Source: Laetmonice hystrix
Taxonomy: Eukaryota
Reading direction: 5' to 3'
DNA length: 64,000 nucleotides
Assembly: GCA_965235115.1 (NCBI GenBank)
Contig: OZ249436.1
Coordinates: 58,094,001-58,158,000, forward strand
How positions within the stretch are numbered: the stretch's first letter is position 1; every line of letters begins with the position of its first letter. Of this stretch, positions 24,561-37,045 are shown piece by piece. The notes below the pieces were generated by a model that was not told the DNA's origin, made no database searches, and saw only the letters and a list, made by a program, of their open reading frames with translations. Position numbers and translations under genes: made by a program.

Positions 24561-27500
24561 AAGCTTTGCACAAAGGAGTGTCATATAATTATTTGATCAT
24601 ACGTATACCAATCCTAAACGGTAGTATATCAGACAGGGGGAAGTGGAGATACATCCTTCTTTTGATGCCATCCACCTTTGAAATGCATTCATTGCTTTGA
24701 AGTGTTCTATCTTTCCTTGGCTTCTGGGAGGGACTCGGACTGGACATGTCCGATAAGAAGCTGATGAAACAGTTACGAAGGTACTCGACCCGCCTCCTTC
24801 TCCCTGACGATGTCAACGACATTATCATGGAGGAAAGGCCCTCCCTGCATCTGCAGTCTTCTCAGTGATACTCTATCAAAATACAAAGTACCATTTACAT
24901 AACGCTGCAGCTGTAACACCGCAGATGTATGAAAGTGGTTGCGATATTTCTTAACATCGGAGGTGTTATTACACTTAACGCCGTCTGTACGTTTTCTCAG
25001 TACATGCCCGGCTTTATGATTCACTGGGGGAGACGTATTCGAAAATATGACCGGTCACATCCATTTGGTTTGTATATTTGTGACAGAAAGCCTTTAGCAG
25101 CACCTCTCAACCACGTGGACCATTTCTCAGTTGTGGGACACGTGCCTACCAGGCCATCCTCTGTCTCAGCAGGTTAATTCTACATGAACGCTGGCTCGGC
25201 AGGTTCCTACACGGACCTCATGAAAGATGAATACGCCCATTTACCGCTTCCTTTCCTTAAGCTGCTGTTCAACCCTTTACGGGTGACTCCCTTCCTCCAT
25301 ACCTTATAGGCATTATGTCAGGATTCAAGTAACCAATACTCAAGTCTTATTCATGCAGTTAGCTTTTCTTTTATGTTAAAATGACTTCTGACGTTCTATT
25401 TAAAAATGGAACCTTCATAACGGATAACTAACTTTCAATATAGTAAACTCTGATCAGGGGGATCGTATGTTGCTACACGCGGTATTATTCCTTTAATTAG
25501 ATGGAATAATCAAAAGGCATGATCTTAAAGCAAATAGAAATCCTTCCTGTCACCAAACTACGCACCGCACAATGCCTGGAACTAAACATCAGTCTTTACC
25601 AGTCTCTCCCAGCAGATAGATGCAGGTGTTCATTTTACATCGTCAACTAAAAAGTCGCGCCCGATCCAAGTAAAAACACTGTTCTAACATCGTTCATAAA
25701 GGGCATTCACTAGCTCGGTTCCCAGGGCATCATGCTTCCAGAATCTTCTTCTAGATACAGTTTGGTAAGCAAAGGTTTTCAGCGCTTTGCCTGAAATGAT
25801 TCCGGCACAAAGGAATATTTCATGCAAATGTCACTTTCTCAAGAAAATATCTGTACCATACCTTCTTTACAGTAATTAACAATTCTATCGCCCCGATAAA
25901 ATAACAGTTCTATTGAGGAGGTTTTCAGGCAGGCCAAACGCCCTGTTACATAAGCGATGATTCGTCGTACCAGCCTCTCCCAAAGAGACCCATACAAAGT
26001 ACTGAACAAATCATAAAATTATTCCACGCTTTTCACAAAACCAGGTCCAAGCAGGGCGGTTCCAAGGCATCAGTTCAGAGAACCCTACAATCCCTGATTG
26101 AAGCCCCCAGCTGACTCCAAATGCAATAGATCTGGAAGCCATATAAAGATTCGGTTTCAGCATGAAGGTCACCAGAAGGGTTGCAATGAGGATACGCCAA
26201 GAACGTGTTCTGGTAAAAATTAAACCGACGCACAGTCGTTCTCTTACCAAGGCCACATCTTGTAATGGCGCTGTCTTATCAAGTCGACTACCTCCTTTCA
26301 GGTGGGTGCAAGGATGAGCAACAGAGCCATCATATTGTAGACACTTTTAGTACTAGTAGTTAAGTTTGACAACCGATTACTTGTATATTGTTACGGTGGT
26401 TTTCAGAAATTATAAAACTGATATTCCTATACTCATAGTGTCTCAACACATAAGAACAAAACTGTTCGTCACAGCACTACATAACTTAAATTCCAATATA
26501 AAATTAGTCAATTATTGACAAAATCTTATCAAATTCATCTAACTTGCAAATATATGTGTGCAATACTTTTTGTCATGTATATTTTAGTAGATGGCAACGT
26601 AGACCAGTCTGGAAGAGAGGATTTTTTCCACAACGTGAGAAATATATATGCAGTCTCCCTAGGAGCTGTAGCCGAGCATGATTTGCGCAAGGCGCTGCAG
26701 TGTTTGAGGCCGGCTCAGCCAGAGCAAACACATTCCCCTAATAGAGCTGTCGGAGTAACTGGCAATGGCACCGACCGCTGATATTTCACCTCGTATCAGT
26801 CATCTGTGGAGCCAGAGTGCTCCCGACTCGTTGCAATACAACGCTTGCCGAGTCCATGCATTTGAGATGGGGCCAGAGCACTCAATCAGAAATGCAACTG
26901 GATGGAAAATACGGGGAAGCCTTAATAGGAAACATGTTTCGAAATGTTATTCTGCTGTCTCCGCCTAATATCTAAAATGCCGTCCGTCTACATCTGGGTC
27001 TCCGACATTCAACTTGCTCAATGCATGCCTCCTAGCGGTGGTGCAGCTGACCTGGCCTGCTTTCGGCAACATTTCAAAGCCTGGCACCTCGGATTTCACC
27101 GATTCAGATTAAAATACAGCGCCGATTTCTCACCATGGAGGAATTCGTTTAGTGAGCAAATGTCAGTTAGAAAATGAAAAGACGTCCGGCTGGATAACTC
27201 AAGCAAACATCCATGAAATATTCATCCAAGTCACAGTCCATCTTTCACCTGGTGTGCTTTGTCGCGAACAAACAACCCGCGCGCTTTGGCAAGTATAAAC
27301 ACCCTTAGCACGTCATTAACAATTGACCTCTGTCCTGCTCCCTCCCAATAGCAGGCCAAGGTACTCTGATTGGCTTGATGATATCATGAAGGCGTTAGGT
27401 ATCATTAAATGGGCTAGCAATGAATTCTTGGCACTACAAATGACGCCCAATCTTCTCACACAACAAATGCGTCCTCCTGGATATATTCATCACTATACTT

Positions 27501-28639
27501 CTCTACAAAACGATTTCCCCCACAATTTATCTTTCTACGATTGAATCTATTCATAATTAGAATTACATTTTATCTAGGAGCAGGTTAACGTTTAGCCACT
27601 ATTCAGATGGGGAAGTGGGTGATAATGAAGATTCAGATGCTTATGTTGAGCTGGATGTGATTTTTAATTCGGTGCCAAGCCATGAACTGAATCCACGCGG
27701 TACGCCTGGAATTTTAACGCCATAACAACCCATGCATTGCATCAGGAACGACTCCAAATGTACCACATAGATGCATTTATCATCGTACTTTCAACCGCTC
27801 TAAGCACGCTGCATTATGCCGACAAAGTTCGCCTTCAGTCTCATCGCTCTACACACATACACGGCTGCCTTTTTACATTACATGTTAAGGTCTTGCCTTC
27901 CAACTTATTTCCCATTAGTGCTTCGATATAACAATGTAGGCAACGTCGGATACCTCAGGGGTTACGAAGCTTTTAGGAAATGTAGCATTACAGAAATGTC
28001 AATAGACTTACTACTGCCCATCAGAGTTGGTAAATAGTGTGGAAAACTGTTCCTCTTCAGCTCAAAAGCTAAGGCTGTTGGCACAATGTTAAGACCCTGG
28101 GAGGAGATTAACATGTGTAGGTGGGGTTGTCAGGAGGTTTTTCCAGTAAAATAACTACAAAATGTTGTAATCAGGCGGCAATGAAGTCATTGCCACTTGC
28201 AATTCCCAATGTCCTGCTTGGGGCCTCCCATCAGACTCCCCGACTGATGGAATTGATAAATGCCTTGTTTATTCAAGACCTGCTCTGAATTGGAATATGC
28301 CACTGCATGGCTGCCGTAGCTTCGAGACACATCTACTGTCGGCAGTTGTATTAAGGGAGTGACTAGAAGCTTTCACGCGCAGTATGGCCTCAAGTAGATC
28401 CAGTTGTACCCCTACTTCGTGAATGGGCAGCTTTAAGTCCTACGGCTTAGAAAGGACAGTTAGCTGGTGCTACTGAGATGTATATTACGCCAAGGGATGG
28501 CTGCCTCGAAGCGTTTCTGTCCATGACCTCCAGGAATTACTGCATCTGATAAGCTGGTACGGTGCATATTCAGTTAGCTTTAAAACACATAAATTAAGCT
28601 CCACCTCACCCTGCAGACCTACGACCTAACCTAGACTGT

Positions 28640-28724
28640 GGTTAGGTCCCTGCCATTATACTACCAAGTTGTGGATCAAATCTCCTGACGGTCACACCTG
28701 TTGGATGAAACGATGCCGTCTAGA
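28640..28724 (+). mobile_element. Gypsy integrase C-terminal relic
   Basis: WIKSPDGHTCWMKRCRL resembles SYxVxTPDGxxxRRNRRHL. Confidence 0.35.
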
Positions 28725-29319
28725 GGCACACGGCAAGGAACCCTATACACACAACATGTAAATCGTCCCAGGGTTCTGACCTTCCATTAGTTAACGTACA
28801 GAAAAGATGCAACATGCAAGAATTGAGTTACCTAACAAAATTAAGTCTCATAATAGCACCAACATCAGTGGTAATTTGATAACCTATGCATTAGTGACTT
28901 GTGGGACCAGAGGGGATGTAGCCGAGAAAGCCCTTCTCCAGTTTCTACCCAAAAGGGATCCAGTCGATGCAACAAACTACCTTAGAAAAAAAACCACCTA
29001 GAGCATGACCAGCGGCCATGCCTCCACTAGCCCTCTCCTTTCATAAACTACCACCCTGTAATGACATGTTGATTCGTGATTAAAGATTCACGTGTTCTGT
29101 GGTGGAAACTGCGCTTTGTAACATTATTTACATACGACAGCGAGTCATAATCATAACTTTGCTGCTGACCTCCGTCAGGCTACTGAAAACTTTACAAGCC
29201 CAGCTGCAACTTAACTATGTATATGTTAAGTAATTGCGTTGCGCTTCCTATATTCATAATGGATATGCTGCATTTTACCTAAAACGGATTAAACTCGACC
29301 TGGGTCCAGAGAGCTAAGT

Positions 29320-29440
29320 ATCAACACGGGACCAGGAAGGTGGCATGACAACCGCCTCGGCCAGCAGAGTGGTAGAAGTTCCCGTGATATATTAGTAGTT
29401 GTGAAGAAGGTGACAGCTTTGTCCATAATCACACCATAAC
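29320..29440 (+). mobile_element. Gypsy RT relic
   Basis: DILVV followed in a shifted frame by EGD...H resembles DDILVxGxGDTxxEAxxDHD. Confidence 0.3.
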
Positions 29441-29779
29441 AGGCATCATCACTCAGTTCACACCTAGTCAGGAGTCTTTGGGTTGCTAACAAAAGACATT
29501 CACAAGAAATAGGAGTGCTTGATTAGATTATTCCGTAAGGATGTTTCAGTAAACCCTGTTTTCACGAAGCTATTTGCACGGTGCAATAAACCTTTCTAGT
29601 TCACTCGTCCTAGAGACAGAGATAAACAACTGGTAATTCGTCAGACATGTAGTACAGTCCTTCTTTCTGAATACATAATGAGAAATTACGGCCCCTCAAA
29701 TCTGTCGCATTATTAATAAAAACACCATTACTAACATTCATAAACGAATCAAAATAACGTCCTGACACTGGATAGGATA

Positions 29780-29960
29780 GCATAGGCGGTCAGGCAATCA
29801 TTTATATCCCAACTGCTGAAAACAAATACGACAGCTGACTGCTGCACAACGTTGCAGTAAAATGGTAAATGCATTACAAACGGCAGAAAAACACCCCCAC
29901 CATAGTTTTTTGCAACCCCTGAGCTAATCATGGTTGACGTGGTGTGCCCTAGACAGGTCA
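29780..29960 (-). mobile_element. Possible LINE endonuclease relic
   Basis: KNYGGGVFLPFV within ORF 29749..30126 resembles the APE GGGV motif. Confidence 0.22.
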
Positions 29961-31185
29961 GACAGCAGTAAACTCGTAGGACTGCGGCCATGAAGTTGTA
30001 TGAATCCCGTGCACACTGACAGAGACAGCAGGCAGGCCGTGACAGCCGACTCAGGACGGCTGTCGCAAATGGCTCCCCTCTTGTTTTCGTATTTTGGTGC
30101 TCATTAATATAGTCAAAACACTGCAAGAAGCGAGGATTGTATCCTCAGTGGACAGAAGAACACAACTACATGATGTTCTGACAAAATAATGAAAGGGAGA
30201 CACGGCCTGGCCAGGCCTTTCTCTCCTGTAGAACCTGACTGTCTACCTGGCCTACTTTCTGAGGTCATAAACTGCTGACGTCTCTTCACAATCGCACACA
30301 GGTTGGACCCTCATGGCACCTCACGGTTCGTGTGACAATCAAGTTAAGTTAACCTAATTCTAAACAAAACACACACTTTTACATTCACTGCTGTGACTGA
30401 AGTTCGATATAATGATATGTGACCACCAGATGTTTTGAATGATAGGAAATAAGCCTGCCTGGTCTAGCCAAGCCATAACAATGGCTTGGTGAGCGTGGAC
30501 GCTTTCTATAGCAACAACTGTCCCAATACGCGGCAGGTTAGTAAGTGTGAACCCCTCCTTCACCACTCTAGAATACCACTGATAATATTTTGTGGACTTG
30601 GTAAGGTTTGCAAAGTGCAAATGCAATGCAGAGATTGAATGAATGAATGAATGCAGGTTGCAGGCTATTGATAGCGAGACCAGGTGGTGTACCACTGACT
30701 ATCCAACAAAGGGACTGAACTATTGGCTCTTACCGGGCGACCAGTTTGGCCACAAGCTGGCGACTTATCCTGGAAAGCCAGGGTTTCCCAGTCTCCATTC
30801 ATTGCACCATGCACATTGTTCTCTGGGCCGAACGTTTGACTCGTGAGGACGGAGGCTTGCCCTGTCATCACAGGAATACGTCACTCTCTGCAGGTCAAAC
30901 AAACCGCCAGGAACAAAGGGCAAAGACAATATTTGGTTTTTCTTAATACCAGGAATGGAATACAATTGGCTTTCTGGAACTGGCGTTCATCAGACACGTG
31001 AACCTGCCTCAACCCGATTCATCCTCGTACCCTGCGAAGGTGGTCGCCACAGTCACACTTGCCTTTGTGGTTGGTGTCGGAGAAAGATCCTTGCTTGACT
31101 CCTGATTTGAAAGCACGGTAGAAGGGAGAGGTCCCAACATTGGAAGGCCTGATGACTGATGGAGTAAGAATGCAATATGAAGATT

Positions 31186-31203
31186 GCTGCTGCTGCTGCT
31201 GCT
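31186..31203. repeat. (GCT)6 microsatellite
   Basis: Read directly from the sequence. Confidence 0.9.
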
Positions 31204-32412
31204 CACATGCGTAGGTCCAGAGCGTACGGCGTGGCGAGGTACTATGAAGCTCGTGCTAGCCGTGACCCAAGGACAAAGATAGCAGCTGGCTCAGCTGATG
31301 CTGACAACAAAGGCTGCTCGGCTCGTCCCCCTGCCCAGCAAACCAATGGTCTAATTATGGCAAATAATTGGGGTACGTTGGGAGCACACTGCTGAGACTG
31401 AGCCCCGACAGTTGGTGGTCCCATCAGTTATTCAGTATCAATTGATGCCGCCAATGTGATCAGGACCTCGCCTTCTGCGAACCAGGGACCTCATCAGCTT
31501 GGTCCTAGTTACAATTCCCAGGTATCAAATACTCGCCATCACTTTAACCAAGATATGCATCAATGCATCACCCTAATGTCTCTACAGGCTTCCTGGAAAA
31601 CAACTCTCAAAGTCCAAGGCCAAATAGGAGTTGGTTAATGTATTGGCTTTATTAGATTCAGCCACTTGGGAGCAGCCTGGGTTATCTGATGGGTGTTCTG
31701 CTGCGGAAGTTTCAATTGCTGATGAGAAGCGGGATGCTTAGCTAAGACCTGCATTGGCTTCACACAATGCCTCGATGGTGTGGAAGAGATGAGAAACAGC
31801 TGTGTGACCAGAGAACTGGCCAGTGACAAGTCGCCGGTGGTACTCGAGTTCAGGGCCGGGTGGAGCACACGACCTCGACAGTCTGGTCGGCGGTGTTGTC
31901 ATAGCGTGGGACAGTGGTCCTGACTGGACATCCATCATCACCTGAGCCAGCCGGCTGCACAAACTGACCACGCCCTCCTCAGGCAAACACCTTCTCATTT
32001 ATGGCACTCGGACATTAATCGGTCACCCCCTCATGGCGAGACACCACCAGCGGCTAGATCTACCTCAATATTTTTGTAGCTGTTGAAAATGCACGACTGT
32101 AACATATGACCTGTCTACATGTTCTCGTCCAACAACATAAATGTCAATGGCAGTTCGCTTTTAAAAACAACATTTACCGGGAGTTGCTCCGTTTCCCTAC
32201 ACAGATAAAGTGAATTCTTTATGTCTAAGTAACTTATCTAAAAAAAAATTCTGCCATCATGTCTTCACCTCTACTGCTTCCGTTTCCCCCTTCTCCCCAA
32301 GTAACGTTCACAACTGTATCTCAATAAAGGCACGTTGCACTCCAAATTTATATATATATTCATGATTTACGTATATCACACAGGGACAGTATATTCTTTA
32401 ACTACACACTTA

Positions 32413-32695
32413 GGGGGCGACCATTAGATAAGGGGGGGGGGGGGGGCTGGGTTTTTTCTTGGGAATATTATTTTTATTTCAAAGAGTGGACTGCCTCAAT
32501 TATTTTTTTTTCAACCCTCATGGCAAAATTATATTTATTTCACATGAGCTACTCATTATTTATTTCCAGATACTAATAACACATTACTTCAGGCACAGCC
32601 AGGGAGAACTGATTTATTTCACCAATTTTCCACCCGAAATTATTTATTTCCAAAAACACCCAGGCCCCCTCCCTAAATATCTAATAGTCGCCCCC
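32413..32695. mobile_element. PIF/Harbinger (Tourist-like) MITE
   Basis: 18-bp TIR gggggcgaccattagata / tatctaatagtcgccccc (17/18); perfect TTA duplication at 32410-32412 and 32696-32698; internal G-run and recurring atttatttc motifs. Confidence 0.9.
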
Positions 32696-35109
32696 TTATT
32701 AATTCTCTATCAATTTTACCCTTATATATTTCTCCACAAGTTAGAACTAAAACAGCCGAGCTGATGACGTTACATACAAGGCTCTGTAATTTTAAACAAA
32801 AAACACAACTTATCATAAATAATCACAAATACAAATGGTGCCTCTTGTATTTGCAATTAGATCCCGTTTAATGGGTCATGAGCAAGTGTCATTATTGTCG
32901 GAGAACTGTGCAAAATGGATGAAGGACGTTGCTGCGCCAAAACACGGCATTGCTCTTGAAAACAGTTTAGATACAACGGTTGAATGGCTGCACACACCCA
33001 GATAAATCTTGATTAATCGATTCCGATAGATGGCTGTTCTCCAAAGGGCCCTTCATCTTCTTGCATTGTTAAGTTTGTTCCTTGCTTTCTTGTTGTTGTG
33101 TTTTTGACAGCTCATTCCATCTTTTGACAACTTTGCAAAGTTAACTGTTGCCAGAAAACAACCGCGTGAAGTACCGCACTGCAACTATTCTTGGCGCCAT
33201 TATTCTATTGATTCTTCCTTAACTTGATTCTAAAAAAAAGAGTATCCTTTTCTTCAACCTCCATGATTTTTTACAGGTAGGCTGCTTCAGCAGGACTCAG
33301 TCCAGTCAAAGTAACTTGGGTCACAAGGGACTTGGCCCCGGGTCAAGTTAATAATCTTCAGTCGTTATATAACTTAAATATATATCACTCATTATGTATG
33401 GACAGTAAGGGGTTCCTCTCAGACATAATCAGCAAGCAATAAACAACACTGCCTTTAAACAAATATGAATACCCTACTGTGACAGGTGGTGATAATAAAG
33501 TTTGGAGGCTTCATCAGGCAAACAACTCAAGTTTGCTGCCCAATCAATATCTAGCGCGCCAAAGATCCCCAGCGACTTGTAGAAGCCACTACGCCTGTGG
33601 AGTCAATCCCTGGCGGCCCATATATCTCTCTGCATCACTACCTCAACAGGGCAGCCTCAGGACAATTGTAACTTTACTCTGACTCATCAAGGTCAGAAAA
33701 CTGAATACGGATTACAATGTAGACGATTCTCTCCCGTCCTCTGCGTCCTTCTCACTAGTAATTACATCTCGTCTGACCACATCACACGAAATTTACCCGC
33801 TAGCGGCCATCAGCTAAAAAGAAGGTAAATAATTACATGAAAAAAAGACAGACAATAAAAGATGTTACCTTCATGGTGATTGGATACTCCGTCACAAATG
33901 AAATTTAGCGTTGAATTGGAGTGGAGAGGGGCCACCAGCGCGCGGTCAGCAAGTACACCATGCCGGAGGCAAGCCATGTGACGTCACGTCAGTGTCCGGC
34001 GTTAAGCTGGTGAAGCCATTACGCCGCCTGCGGCAAGTCAGTATTCAGTATGCCAGCACCTTGGTGATCTAACCTCAAGAAGTGATGTTGGGCGCCTAAA
34101 CACAACCACCGACCGAACAGCTTTGACATCAAATCGTCAATATCGTCCAGCCAAGAAGCGTCGGTCTCGGCCGAGTGGTCTCCAGATCCATACAACTTCA
34201 AAAACTACATTTAAGTCTACACACTGCGCACAGACCGCCGTGACCCTACAGTCCTGACCATTTAATATCATAATTCCTTTGGCTCGATCTCGCCCTGCTG
34301 TCTTTATTTCCTTTAAAAGATGGAGGGCCGTAGGTCATCCCAGTGCTATTTATGCGAGGCATGCTCTGGTGCTGGCCAGGCCGACCACAGAGGGACTCTT
34401 CCTCATTTCGATTTCGGAGCGAGGCAGTTGGTCTCAGACTGTTGGACTGTAATCCGTCATTGATACCGCGCTCAAGCTGCCTCACGTGAATATCAAGACA
34501 GTCGCAAATCAATGCATCCTTGGCAGCTCTATCAGTGGGGCCGGGCCTGTCTCTGATACCACCAGCTTCCTGGCCCCGAGGTGTCGCAAAGGGGACAGCT
34601 CGTGAGCCTTCTGTGTTCTGCCCTTCCTTACCGTTACAGGCCGGCGAAGGGGGGGGGGGGAATCAGACAAGATAATTATTAATGGCCAGGTCTGTTGCGT
34701 TCGGTCCTTTCTTACACTAACAGAGACCGACTGATGGGAATGGCACACGATAATGAATAAGTGACTCTACTATGTTTTGCTCTTCCACACAGTTTCAGGT
34801 GGCAAAAATTATAGTCGAGAGAATGGGACAAAAATATTAAACGACCGAGTCTGCTGTGTGCTGTTCTTCCTTACCTATAAGAAGGTTGAATGGAGAGAAT
34901 GTAAGAAAACAATGAACGACTGAGTTTCTCGTGTTCTGACCTTCTTGAGTACCACAGAGTCCAAGTGGAGAAAAACGGGGAAAATAACGAGTGGCTGAAG
35001 CAGAAAGGATTCAGCAAAATCTGTTTACAAAAACGTTCGGGTAAGATTCCCCGATTCCTTTTCGTCTTTCTGAATGGTCGGTAACGCATGATTCACGGCA
35101 TTATCCTTA

Positions 35110-35172
35110 TAACACACGTGTTTACATCATTAACACACGTGTTTATATCATTAACACACGGGTTTATATCAT
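35110..35172. repeat. 21-bp minisatellite, 3 copies
   Basis: taacacacgtgtttacatcat / taacacacgtgtttatatcat / taacacacgggtttatatcat. Confidence 0.95.
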
Positions 35173-36810
35173 ATCTGACAAATTTAGAATAGCATACTAT
35201 CACATGATATTTTAAAATGATATCGTCAAAATAAAATATGCAGATGCTAAAGGTTCTATGCCAACTAGACCGAAGTGACTGCAGCACCTTTTTAACCCAA
35301 GCTGCTAGGCGATGACAGTTCCTTGACAGTGAGATGCATGAGGAATTACTTGCTATCGATAAAATGATGAAAACTGACAAATGAGAAGTGACTAGATGGG
35401 CCCTCGAGATGGCACGCGAAAAAGATGACAAGCAATCAGACATGTGGGATGGCGGTGATCTGATATATGTGGGAACATTCGCTCTGTCAGGGCCATCAGT
35501 TGCAGCAATCTAAGTCAGCCAGGTCAGGATAATTTACATGACAGATGAAGCACTCGGAATGTATGCAAGAACCAGTAGCAGGCGCTAAGAGTGGTCACGG
35601 CATCATGTGTGGCGACAGTTGGACGAGCCGTAGCCACCAGAAGAAGCCCCCCTCCCACAGTCTGTCAGACTCATCATCAGACCAGGCTCAACTGTTATTG
35701 ACCAACTTTACATGGTATGGAGGCAGCTCAGCTTGAGGCAAAGCTTCCAGAAATGCAATAAACTGGTACATGTTGTATATACATGCATGCATACATGAAT
35801 AAATAAAATAAATGAAATATTTTTATGATTAACATATCAGAATGTATATTATATTACACGTACGATGCATGATGAAGGCTGTATACAAGTAAACTTGTCT
35901 TTGTCTTTCACATATAAAAGGGACCACTGGGAATAGATACTCAAAGACGGTGGTCGACGCCTACTTTCAGTATTCGATATAACGTCAGCGTCATAGAGGC
36001 CACCTTCTGTTGCCATTGGCAACCGCCTGTCGCCTCAATCCAGCCATGACTCGGTGGGCCAGTGTAATCAGTGTAGGCCATTTGAATACCACACCACGCT
36101 TTCGTGTCCACAAACTGTTCCTCCCGCCATCTTTACGAGTATCCAGTGCCAACAGTTAGGAATACAAGGCTCCACAGAGACAGTGTTTCTACTTTAGTCT
36201 TCTCTTCGAACCGTTGCTGCTGCCTCTAGGAGGATGTAAACTCATCGTCTAAATGCCTTCCAGGGACGAATGCTCCTGTAGTTGAAATACCCTCAGGAGT
36301 ACCACTAACTCTATCAGGACCTGCTGCATCTTAAAGATGCCTCAGACCAATTAGGCATCAGAAACATGAAACTGTCAAGCCCATAACATTCGTAGCGGGA
36401 AAGAGACGGAAGAGGAATATTAATATGTGCAAAAAGGTTACATTGGGTTGAATGCCTGACTGCCTTGGGGAATTCGAAATCTTTCATTCTCACATGGATC
36501 CATAGAAACGAGAGATGCGTGTTTGCCCCTCACGTGCCGGTGCACTTTCGGCTCGTTTTGCTACGACTAGATTTCACCGCACCGAAAGGAGCTTTTTAAG
36601 AAAGAGAGAGTGAAAATTGTGCAGTATTAACAGCCTACGTCATCAACACAAGGCACATTATCAACATCGTCAAAAGGACGCGAAATCTGCCGCCACTTTA
36701 CTGCTGCTCTCCGGTTGTGATCACCAGGTGGCAGCAAGTGTTGAATTATATGACGGCCATAATTCACAATGGCCCCCAGTTTTATCCTCATTAGATGCCG
36801 GTCCTCGAGA

Positions 36811-37045
36811 GGGTGGGTGGGTATTTGGGGGTTTACGCCTTGTAACAGCCAGGGTCATATCACGGCGGTGAAGATGATGATGAAAGTCAGTTTTTCTTGG
36901 TGGAAGAAACCGGAGTACCCGGAGGAAACGACCGGCCTTCGGGAAGGAACTGACTGACAAACATTTCACACATGCAGCCCAGGCCGGGGATCGAACCCGG
37001 ACCGCAGTGGTGTGAGGCGATGGTCCGAGGTGTCATGAGCCAACA
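36811..37045 (-). mobile_element. tRNA-derived SINE with V/Meta-type central domain
   Basis: Minus strand: B box GGTTCGATCCC (36987-36997), central GTTTCCTCCGGGTACTCCGGTTTCTTCCACC, 3' GATATGACCCTGGCTGTT...GGCGTAAACCCC and a (CCAC)n tail. The A box is degenerate. Confidence 0.85.

Noticed and set aside
27323-27400. RPRYSDWLDDIMK (and WLDDI at 34019..34201) as RTE C-terminal motifs
   Set aside because: Single short motif each with no supporting neighbours; too weak to list as features.
35110-35172. CRISPR-like repeat array
   Set aside because: Units are head-to-tail without spacers, and the context is eukaryotic.
36960-37020. tRNA gene
   Set aside because: Only a B box is present, no cloverleaf can be formed, and it continues into a SINE core.
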